DNA from: Octopus sinensis
Taxonomy: Eukaryota
Reading direction: 5' to 3'
Assembly (NCBI RefSeq): GCF_006345805.1
Contig: NW_021835476.1
Location: 1,571 to 34,570, forward strand
DNA: 33,000 nucleotides
Below, piece by piece: positions 20,969 to 31,519 of the stretch (position 1 is the first letter of the stretch; each line of letters starts with the position of its first letter). Under the pieces are notes generated by a model. The model was not told where the DNA came from, ran no database searches, and worked only from the letters and a program-made list of their open reading frames with translations. The translations under genes and the position numbers were made by a program.

Positions 20969-21527
20969 GTAATTATATAAAGACAAACAAAGTCAAAGAT
21001 GGATACATTTGTATTTATGCACATTTGTGGCTTCAAAAAGATCAAAGGTCTCAATACACACTCAGTTCAATCAATTGTTGAGACACAGAGAATGAAATCA
21101 AAGTGGAAAATAATGAAGCGCAAACAAAACAACCAGACATTTTGTAGCTAGTATCAATGTTTTGTAGAATAGTCCTTTTTCCTCTAACTGTCATCCCTCT
21201 ATTTCAACTAACGCATAGTTTGTTTTCAACTAACGCAATAAGGTGATAGACTGAAATTTTAACTAAGTTTGTTTAATAACGATTTCTATATTCTAAATTT
21301 GTATGGATGCTTTTTGACAACACCCAAACTAGAATTGGTAACATTGTTGTTAGTCGTGATATCATCCATAAGCAGCAGGGTAGTTGTCATGCGTTTTTGA
21401 GATTTTTCAATGTGAATTTAGGAACGTTTCGTTAACATTCGGCTGACCATAAAATTTGAAAAAAAAACATTCAAAAATTCCGCTTTGTCGAGATTTTTAT
21501 TGGATGTAAATCAATAAATGATATTTA

Positions 21528-22358
21528 TTAAATATTCAAATTTGGCTGGATCAAAATTTGTGCCGATTTCAACCCTTTTCCAATCAAAGTTAGATCTTGA
21601 TGCACGAAGGTTGCTAGAGTGATTCGTGGTTTCCTCGGAGATTGTTCCGGATGGGAGACGTAGTGGTGTTCCATTGCGAGATTTGCGGGAGTTTTCTTGT
21701 CCATTCTTAGGATGTGACCGAATAAGCCCATCTCTTACTTCTTATTTCTTCGTCCAACGAGTGTACATTGTACTTGGAGTAGAGAAGTTTGTTTGATATG
21801 CGTTTTGGCTAAAAGATTCTTAGGATGTGTGTTTCAGCTGCATTCTGTGGAAGGAATTCAGATTTTCCATTTCGTGCACTGTGAAAGAGGAGGATTGTAC
21901 AATAAGACTGGTTTTACGAACATATTGTATAGTTTGATTTTTAGAGACGCGAAATTTTTTGCCTCTCAACCATATGTTGTTTAATCTTTTAAGCGCGAAA
22001 GTTGCTAGTGATTTTCTTCGTATCATGTCTTGTGTATCTCCTAAGAGAGTGCCAAGTTTCTTGTATGCCTCCATTTTTCCTCGTGTCGTTTGTCACATCG
22101 CCTCACTATAGTGTATTCTGGTTTTCTCAGTGTGATTTTTAGAATGATTTTTCAAAAGTGTTGGCCAATTTGTCTATAGTACCTTCTAATTGGTGTCTGT
22201 TGCCGTGAAATCTATGTCATCTGCAAAGATGACTTCTTTAATATGTCTGGGGATATTATTCCTGGCATTCGTAGGGGTCGCTCCAGATATACGATGAATA
22301 AGACGGTGCCCTTGTTTGTTACAAATACTCTGAATTTCTGATTTTCGAGCTGGATAAA
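21528..22358 (-). mobile_element. RTE/RTE-X-like LINE, 3' half (RT 4-7 and C-terminus)
   Basis: Contains VLFIVYLE, FADDIDF, YKKLGTLLGDT...IRRKSLA, LFGHILRMDKKTPANLAM and RKPRITL. Confidence 0.85.
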
Positions 22359-22360
22359 TA

Positions 22361-24146
22361 CAGTAGACTATTCATTTAACGAAAATGAAAATTGAGCATT
22401 CGTTAAATGAATTTAACGAAAAAAATTGTTTAATTAAAAATGTGTCATGTAATCGGTATTTTAGGTTCCTTCTTTTATTTTTGCCAATATATTTCTCAAA
22501 TTTGTAATTAGGTGAAATGTTCACCAGATTATTGCAAAAAATATTTTCAATATTTTCCAAATATTTAAGTGCATCTGCATAACCAATGGGATTGTCATTT
22601 GTGCTATCTATTTCTTCATGCCTTTTTTTCTTCCTCACATTGTATTGTATCAAGATACGCGTTTTCTTCCTTTCGCAGACGACAGTGCACAGACAGGAAA
22701 CTCAATCATAATTTCACTTTATTATCTTTAATTGTAAGGTGATTTAATTTAATACCTTTTTCGTCAGTGGATTCTTCAAGTATTTTTTCATCTATCTTCG
22801 CCCAATTATTTAATGCCTTGTTAAAGCAATTTTTGATAGTGTCCACTGTGACTTCGTTCCAAGCCTCAATAATTAAGGTAGAGCATTCACTAATTTGAAT
22901 TTGGTAAGTTCATCTGTATATGACAATGTTCCTATATTTGTTCCCATACTCTCAATTTCTAGTCATTTTCCTTTTTATACAACGATTTAAATGAATGCAC
23001 AATCCCTTGATCAATTGGTTGAATCTCAGATGTTGTCTTTGGAGGAAGAAAATACAATTCGATATTACTGAATTCGACATCAAAATAGTGAACTGGCGCA
23101 TTATCTAAAAGAAGCAAATCTTTCTATTTTCCACACTCATTTTGGAATTTAACCGTTCAACCCAGTTTTTAAAAATTAAACTGGTCATCCAAGATTTATT
23201 GCTATTTCCATATTGAATCCCAAGATTATTCATATTAATATTTTAAACCATGAGGATTTTTGAATTTTCCGATTACCAACGGATGCTCTTTATCTCCTTC
23301 CATATTTGTGCATAATAACAGTGTTATTCGTTTTTAGAAAATTTTCCTGAAGCCCTTGATTCGGAGTCAAGAACTAATGTTTTTTTGGAGTACATTTGAA
23401 AAAAGGGCAGTTTCATCGCAGTTGTAAAATTTTTCGATCCATATTTTTTTAACATGGCTGCAAAGCGTTCATATGAATCTAAGCAAAACGGGATCCACTA
23501 TTGTTCTTCTCCAGAATCGTGAGTGTTTTTATTTTATACTCTTCCTTAAAGGGTGAAATCCATGGGTGAGATGCTTTGAAATTTTCAATATAAAATCGTT
23601 GAGCAATTTTGAGTGCCATTTCGCGTACCATTTTATTAGTTATGGTGTGATTACAGAAACGTTTGTTCTGAATCCATGCATATAGTGGTTCATATATCTT
23701 ATCAGTACAACTTTTAATGTAATATTCTTTTTTGTTTGTGACGCCTTGATCCATACAATTGCATTTTCTTCAACGTTGAATTGATCACTCCAATAGGCAT
23801 ATTAAACCGCTGAGCCAAATTTTCTTGAGTAACATCAGGATTATTTTTCTTGAATCAATAACTTCCAGTTTTTGTTGAATTTGATAAGTTTTTCTTTTTT
23901 TCTTCATATTGTTCAACCTTGCACACATGGTTTACTACAAAGAAATAGCGAGGAAAAATTATTTTAATTTTATCAAAAATTTTAAGTTTCGTTATTTAAA
24001 TATTCGTTAAATATATTTAAATATTCACTAATCAAAGAAAAAAATTTTATTTTTGAATTTATCTAAGGAAAAACGTAAAAAAATATTTTGACTTTCGTAA
24101 AATGAATATTTTCGTTAAATTTTTTTTGTAAATGGATAGTCTACTG
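22361..24146 (-). mobile_element. Second pogo/Tigger transposon (1786 bp, decayed), inserted into the LINE
   Basis: TIRs are CAGTAGACTAT(T/C)CATTTA, with TA TSDs at 22359-60 and 24147-48. The HTH CENP-B region (LYAWIQNKR...FKASHPW) is in ORF 23479-23754. Confidence 0.9.
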
Positions 24147-24148
24147 TA

Positions 24149-24870
24149 GTTGAGTGGAGGAGAGTAGATAACAATTATTCTGATGCAATCTTTTTTGAGT
24201 AATGGCGTTAATATTTGTATCATCTTAATTCTACTGATTGAGTCGAATGCTTTAGATAAGTCGATTCCCATTATGTGATACTCCTCTTTATATTTTTGGC
24301 ACGAAGCACACATCCATTTGTGGCTCCAAACAGCATCGGAAGTGATCTTCCAGGGACAAACCCACTTTGGCTGGGTCCGATAAATTCACGTAATGGGCCT
24401 TTAATTTTCTCCAAAGCATTAGTGATAAATTTTTACGAATGAGTTGAGTAGTATGATTGGTCTTAAGCTGTTTAGCTTTCCTTTTTCCTTCCCGCTTTAT
24501 GTAAGGGAATTTATTTTCCGATTCCGATGTTAATTCTGGAGTGTTCTTTAAAAGTTTTGTAAGTAATCAGTTTTTGGAGCTCTTCAGGAGCATATTTCAT
24601 GAGCTCTGCATTAACATTATCTGGACCTGGAGCTTTTGAGTTGTTTAGTCTGGTCACAGATTTTTTAACTTCCGTTAAAGTAATTTCTTTAGATAGCCTT
24701 CTGGGCCCTCCATCGAAAGGGTAAAGGGTTTCTTCGTTTTCAAAATTGAAATATTTTTCAAAGTGGTCGGCTATAGTGTCTGTGCGTTCCTGGTTCTTGT
24801 AAATAGTTCTTCCGAGTTTATCATGAACTGCTGGGTTTTCCGATTTCATGAACTGCTAAAAATCTTTGAT
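24149..24870 (-). mobile_element. RTE/RTE-X-like LINE, 5' half (linker and RT 0-3)
   Basis: Contains EITLTEVKKSVTRLNNSKAPGPDNVNAELMKY and GIDLSKAFDSISR. The RT motif order resumes on the other side of the pogo insertion. Confidence 0.85.
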
Positions 24871-25481
24871 CAGTCTTTTTAATCCAAAACTCCGCGATTA
24901 TAAGACAAAAATAAGTTTTCTAAGAACTAAGGATACAGCGATACAAATAAAAAACGGAACACTCATTTTCTCGATTTTTTCCTATTGAATGATTGATTTA
25001 TTTTAACAAAAATAGAATTTTTAGAAGACAAACATAACTTTAGCCTTTAAAAAAATAAAAACAACTTAAATTTCGGACCGTAATTAAATCCAGTTTTGTC
25101 CAAACAAAATAAAATAGAGAACAAAAGAGTTTTTTAAACCATTTTTTATTTCGCTGTATATTCCCCAACAGTTCCTAGTAGTATAGACTAGCACTCGCTG
25201 GATGATTGTGCAGATTATTATTAGCACTATCATAGGAACATAATTTAAAGAAAATTTTGACGATTGACAGTCTCAATGTTCTTTTCTTGAAGTGAATTTG
25301 AAAACAGCTTATCATTGGTTTGAAAATAAAGACAAAAAAGACATCCAAGAGGAGGTAAAAGACATTCAAAAAAATCAAATAAATATAAATGAATTAATCA
25401 GTTCCTCAGATCACTTTGAAAGATTGTGCCGAGAAAATAGGAAATAATTATTCAATGTCTGTGTCTGTTACAACAGTAAGT

Positions 25482-25550
25482 ACCATCGAAGACGAATTCA
25501 AGAGGACTCTGAAGCACGCCTCCCGTGGAATACTGTCCATGGCCAACAGT
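25482..25550 (+). pseudogene. Isolated cyclophilin (PPIL2/PPIL3-like) coding fragment
   Basis: TIEDEFKRTLKHASRGILSMANS matches the cyclophilin FEDEF...L.H..RG.LSMANSG motif. I found no flanking cyclophilin exons. Confidence 0.5.
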
Positions 25551-25782
25551 GAGTCTAGAGTCAAAAAAGACCTAGAGTCACTCTCCCTGTTGTTCTAAAC
25601 AAGGATCTTAATAAAATTAGAAAAAACTCAAATGTGCAAAAGACCTAGAAGAACAACAAGCAGACGCGAATACAGATACCGATGGAGAAGTTTGGTGAAT
25701 AAAATCTCGAAACGTGTGGCACAAGCGGTACCTTAATTAATTTACATTCTTTGGTTCTGTGAACGTCCTTTCAATAATAATA

Positions 25783-26686
25783 ATGGCTGAGTCGTATCAA
25801 ATCAAATCTGAATTTACGTTTCCAATAGAGATTGGAGCGATTTTTGCTAGGACCATTATCAGAGCTATTTCGTTGGAATTAATCTCTCCGTAGGAGATCA
25901 TTGGAAATGTACTACGATTAATAAAAATACAATTCTTTCGTAGGAATATAGTTCATACATATTAGTCATCATTTCTTTATTAATTCCTTTATTCCCAAGG
26001 TCTTGTGACCAATCTACAATGTTTTGTTTACTTAATTTATATCTTTTCATTGCATATCGGCCTTCCACAGTTCGAGCCTATCACCTTTAAGCAATCAAGT
26101 TCAAACCGCACTGAATGCATAATCCACAATTTCTCTGATCTTGTTTTTTACGTCAACAAATACCAGAAGAAAGATGTACGTTATAATCAATCCATGTAAG
26201 ATATACTGTCAAACGTTATTTTACAAACGGAAGTTTCAAGTCCGATGTAAAGCGCCATTGCTTTTTCATTGGTCTATTCGAGTGAGAAAATTCTTTAACC
26301 GTGTCGGTAAATCAGTTAATTCACATTTTATAAGTCACTTTTCAAGTTTCTATAAACTTTTTATACCTGAAATTAGTTCTTCTGAGCATTTCTTTCTGCC
26401 CCAATTTCCTACATTTAATTCTTTGACTGTTCAGATTTGTTTAAAGTTGTTTCATATGAAAAAAGATAGTTCTGTCCTCTCTTACTTGTTCACAAAAAAT
26501 ATCTTGTCGGAACCACCACTGTGTGTCAGACGCCTACTCATTCTTAATATAACTCCCAACATTGCCTCAAAAAAAGCTGTCGAGAGTATGTTGATGATTT
26601 TGACGAATTCTAAGATTATATGTAACAAGTCTATGCATCTTTGTAATATAAAGAAAATTGGTCAAAATATAAATAAATATAAATGA
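25783..26686 (+). CDS. Hypothetical multi-exon protein, convergent with SFMBT
   Basis: A 25-nt intron (GTACGTTATAATCAATCCATGTAAG) joins ORF 26005-26199 to the 181-codon ORF 26141-26686. Further candidate 22- and 26-nt introns lie upstream. Both ends are uncertain and no homology was recognised. Confidence 0.4.
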
Positions 26687-26691
26687 TCGTC

Positions 26692-29216
26692 TTAATGGTA
26701 CGAATTTCTCAGTTCGTTGATGATCTTCAGGAGGGCGTCAGAAATGTGTCTTTGAGACACAGGGAATCCTTCAACGTTCGCTTGTTCAATAAGAGAAACG
26801 ACTGTCCGTCAAAATGCATGGATCTCAGCACGGAAGCCACATTTCGGCATTTCGTAGACTCGATGTACGTTATCAAATCCTCACAGGACCAGTCCCGTGG
26901 GTCTTTTAGTAGGGAATTTTTATTTTCCTCAGAAAGTGGCAGAGTTTGAATACATTCAAGTTTTCTTTTAGATTTGGAGCAGATCTCAGGAATTGAGAAA
27001 TCTTTTTTACGTTGTTTGGATTTTGGAATTTTTGGGTTGCCTTGTTAATTTAATTTATTTAAATATACATAGTAAACAAGGTTTTCCTGATAAATTGACG
27101 AGGGAAATTAAATTCGGACAAGCTTTTAATTTTAGACACAATTTGAGTAGAAAGTGACTCAGTTGTTCCGCAGAATCACAGACCTCAAACTTGAGAAAAC
27201 TGTCGAATTTACTGTTTATTAAGTACATAAATTCAAAAATACTTTTTTACGGATATCTGTATTGAACTGGTTAAATCTCCGAAAACACTTAAAATTTCTT
27301 TCAGACGTTTAAAATTTGATGTACATCCAAGAATATACTCATATAGTGACCTAAGGACCAAAGAAATTGGCCCAGGTCCAATTATTTTGGGAATTCGAAG
27401 TATTTCTGACACATACAAGTACTTTCCGGAGTAGCACTGAGCATTAATGAAGATCTCAGGACTCCAAAGGTCCTCAATTCTCCTAATTTCCACGTGGTCG
27501 TCCAACATATTTGATAAAAGAGCTTTCAACAGTATACTTTTATCTTGTTCACATAGTTGTGGCAATTTTGGCTGACTGAGTGGATAATCGTTTGATTCAG
27601 CCCACCCAAAGGGGAGGACTTGAGGACTGTAAACTGAATAGATCAAAGGCGATTCCTCGTTTATTTTGACAAAAATTAAATGTCCAGCAACTTTGAGGAT
27701 TGTGGCTGGGCAGACACTTTGATTATTCGTAGGATTAATCACTTGAAGCTTCATCCCGGGTTCGAATCCAGGCTTTTTCTTAAACTGAAAGAAATAGTTT
27801 TTTATTAATATTTACTGTTCTTATGAACGATTTTGGAGCTTTTTCAAGTCCCTTTCCAATCCCTCTGTGTTTACTCCACCGAAAAAGTTTTCTGGTCCCT
27901 TTAACATGAGACCATCAAGCACAACCATCAGACAACGTAAGAGGCAGTTTGTGTCTCACAGAAAACTCAACAGGAAGGATTCCATCAGAAAGAGAATAAA
28001 AAGATTCAATTTTTGTACCAGATTCGATTGAATCAATTTTAATGCACGTGTTGTCGATTATTTCGCTAATTTTTGCTGGAAATAGAATCTGTCTGGTCTT
28101 CAAATCCAAAGCCTCGACTGCCATTCCAACTTTCAGTTTATGAACGGTTACTTCAAAGGGAATCTAAACCAAGTTAGAGGTCCTCGGCTACCTCAAATAG
28201 AAATGCTGGCACAGAAAGCACTTCTGTATTCCGAAATAAAAAAAACACAAATAAAAACCCTAAAGTTATCTCAAACAGTTTGACTCCTTCAAAAATAAGT
28301 ATTCAGTCAACATACCTTCAATTTTGGGGAGTCCATATTCAATATTATTCTGTGCACCATACCCAACAGGGCAAAGTCTATGTGAAGTGCAAAAAATCCA
28401 AAATTCAGAGAAATTTATATCCGGACATATCCATTTTAACAATAAATATCCTCCAACATTTTTTATGATCTTTGCAAACCAAACCATAGACAAGTGCCTT
28501 CTCCTATGCTTTACTTCCATGTACTTTCCCACAAGACCCTGAGAGCTCCATGTGAATATATTTTTCTAAGAATAATGCGAGAGAAATACTTTTATAAGGA
28601 ATTCATCTTTAAAGGAATAACAATTCGTCAAAGTCTGTGCAATCTCTTCTTGCATGTTTTTGTCATCCATGAACGGAGGATATCGATAAAGTAGGCCGTT
28701 TTCTCCTCCGTGGTAAAGTTGTTTGATTTTCGGTGAGTCAATTTTGATGGAAAAAGTTTTTTTGTCCCCTAAAAACTGAACTTTGATCAACGGATATTTT
28801 ATTTCGAGAACTTTGATGAACCAAACAGCGTTAGCTTCGACTTGATACTCATAAATTTGGTCCCCGTTTCTCAGAGGGCATTCCACAGCATAAGCAATAT
28901 GAGGAAATGCATTTGGGGAATACTCGAGAGAGTTAAATTCTTTTTTATTTTCTAAATCTTTGAAGGAAGTATCAGGCGGCAACTTCAAAGGTTTCATTTC
29001 TATAAGCACGTGATCAATTTGACTTTGTTCGAGCTTTGTCACATAGGAGGAAATATCATGAAGAACAGTTTTGTCTTTAAGAAATTGTTTTATGATCTTT
29101 GCCAATGAAAAATTGTGGAAGGTTTTGTCAGATTCGTTGACAAGATCAGGAATACTGAATTTCGAATTTTTTGTTGTTGTATGATTTTCATTGGCAGTTA
29201 CAGGAGATTCGTCCAT
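26692..29216 (-). CDS. SFMBT: SFMBT Polycomb-group protein (MBT repeats + SLED + SAM)
   Basis: Eight 24-31 nt introns link MBT repeats (VWFAKIIKNVGGYLLL...FW...RLCPVGY; LKVGMAVEALD; FEPGMKLQVINP...CPATI...PFGWAESNDYPL), SLED (IFINAQCYSGKYL...IPKIIGPGPISLVLR; LCLKLKACPNL) and SAM (PRDWSCEDLITYI...FDGQSFLLL). There is a frame problem near 26752 (see findings). Confidence 0.88.
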
Positions 29217-29341
29217 AGAATCAGGTTTATCTCGACTGATAAAATTAGAATAAAAAAAGAATGAGAATATACATTAATTATTGTTTAATCCGTTAATACA
29301 ATATCATTTCTGACTTACTCGACCTAATTACTGTTCATTTA

Positions 29342-29620
29342 CCAGCACCAAAGCGTAGCAATTATATATTAATACAACATATCGTCATATATAGCAAATA
29401 TAATCTCTCACTCAAACACAATGCATTCGCGTAGACTAACTAACATAAACTCATAACGCATAGTGTACATACAAACAATGATAAAAAACCTACCAAACAA
29501 CGTATGTATCTTTGCAATATAATGTATGTATTCATATATCAACGAGAAAGTAGCGTATTTCGCCGTTAAATCAATATTTCACGATTATATACGCTTGAGC
29601 GCTGTGGCTTTGGATGCTGG
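29342..29620. mobile_element. Candidate 279-bp MITE with TA TSDs
   Basis: Inverted ends CCAGCA(-/T)CCAAAGC, with TA at 29340-41 and 29621-22, and a non-coding interior. Confidence 0.45.
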
Positions 29621-30870
29621 TATGTGGAGCTGCTAGTTTTTGGTATTTATGTGACTATTTTGTGATTTAAATTATCTGCGACAAGTTTAGATAACCAAAA
29701 ATTTCGCTGCACCGTACGAATTGTCAAAATTGTGTTGGGATCGAAACTATTTATGCAGGAATTATAAATAGATTCCATCACTTTAGAAACAAACGTTTTC
29801 ATGTAGTTTTAATTACATGAAATTAAGGAAATTGATTGATTCGTGGTTCATTTGTATATTAAATCATTTAATCAAAGCGCAAAGTAACCTATTCCATAAT
29901 ATTAAGATCGATATAAAAATTAAAATTTATCTAATTATCGATCAAAAGATAATTTTATGAAAACAATATGTTTTTTTTGACAACTTTTACATTTACAAAT
30001 TTTTTTTATTTACAATAGTAATTAGATAGGTTGAAATAATATTTGACCTAAATGATATTCTTTAAGCATTATCTCGAATAGAATTTATTTTTTAATCTAT
30101 TGATTTTTATGACAAGTTATAGGTAGCAAGCAACCTATTATTCAAATTGTCTTTGTCAGATATAAATTCATTAAAATTGGTTAGTCAATTTAAAGATTTT
30201 AATTATTAATTTAGTTAACTGACAATTGTTTTGTTCATTTAATCAATTTACTTAAAAAAAAAATTTAAGAATTATCTAGCAGAATACAATATTCAAATGA
30301 TATGAATTTTACAAAAAAACAGTCAAAAAACAATATTTTTTCCAATATCAAATGCAATATACACATTTTAATTGTTTGTTTATCGCATTTATAAAAATCA
30401 AATGAAATAGGTAATGGTTTTCTTCAAATTAGTATTTTTTTATTTATTCCAAATATTTCTTCTGAAGTATAAAATAATTATTCCATTTTATTGAGTAATA
30501 AAAAATTATAATAGCATTTCTAAGCATCTATATTCTTTTTAAAACAATCTTTGTCTCTTATGCCCAACTATCATAGTCGGGACATAGAGGTCCTTGTCCA
30601 CTCGTATTCCTGATTCAGAAGAATCCTTCGGTTGACACTTAATCACTGCTTACTCTCTTCGGGAACCGATATTCCATGTCTTGTCTCCACCTGCATACTC
30701 TCCAATGTTTTTCTTAAAAAAAGTATAAAAAATATTCATATAATTGCAAGTTATTGATTAATATATTTAAAGTCACACACGTAAAATACGAGACAGTCAT
30801 AATTTCACTGAGTTATCAAATTATATTCAAACAATATAATTTCGCAATTATTGATTACATCATTATGATT

Positions 30871-31089
30871 TTGTTGTCAAAAAAACTTAGTAGATTATTG
30901 TAAATTACTAAGTAAAGTCAACAAACTAATAAATTCTCCCAGCGAGACGGAGGGAACAGCTGTTGCCACGCATGACAGCCAGCAGGATCCTCTGAATGAG
31001 GAAAGTAAATTCCCTAGGGTCCTTGGACCGCGAAGAACAAAGATGTCCCAATGATTGATTAGAGATTAGATTGATTAGAGAGATTAGAT
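30871..31089 (-). mobile_element. 3' stub of a CRE-like retrotransposon with 5' filler DNA
   Basis: Encodes LGHLCSSRSKDPREFTFLIQRILLAVMRGNSCSLRLAGRIY*. The 11-bp TSD tcattatgatt is at 30860-30870 and 31090-31100, and the filler is at 31054-31089. Confidence 0.8.
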
Positions 31090-31246
31090 TCATTATGATT
31101 GATTAGAGACTATAGTTAATACTTGAACTCTTGTTTAAGACCGATACGATCTATATGAGATATAAGAGAATATTTTTTGATGAATATAATTGCGTTAAGA
31201 ATTATCATAAATTAATTAATGTCGCAAATTATGATCAATTCCTACA

Positions 31247-31519
31247 ATGCTATTGGAAAATAGACATTCTGTAGTAAGACTCGTAGATATGTCGGAATCC
31301 CTTCAACAAGAAGCTATCGAATGTGCCAGAAGAGCATTGAAGCAGAGTGATTCGGAGAGGGACATTGCTATGTTTATTAAAAATGAGTTTCATCTCCTGC
31401 ACAGTCCGATTTGGCAATGTGTGGTGGGGCAGGAATTTGGGAGTTATGTAACTTGTTGTAAAAATCATTTTATTTATTTTTATTACGGGCGACTTGCTTT
31501 TCTTTTATATAAAATATAA
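31247..31519 (+). CDS. Divergent dynein light chain LC8-family protein, intronless
   Basis: 90 aa, collinear with DYNLL1: DMSESLQQEAIECA...ERDIAMFIKNEF...PIWQCVVGQEFGSYVT...HFIYFY.G..AFLLYK. Confidence 0.9.
   Translation: MLLENRHSVVRLVDMSESLQQEAIECARRALKQSDSERDIAMFIKNEFHLLHSPIWQCVVGQEFGSYVTCCKNHFIYFYYGRLAFLLYKI

Noticed and set aside
21000-21500. Zinc-finger-like HICGFKKIKGLNTH and adjacent short frames
   Set aside because: The motif is incomplete and the frame short, so it cannot be assigned to a gene or a specific element.
27752-27780. Pol III B-box-like GGTTCGAATCC (tRNA or SINE?)
   Set aside because: It is the antisense of SFMBT coding sequence (GGA TTC GAA CCC GGG ATG = GFEPGM). There is no A-box or cloverleaf.
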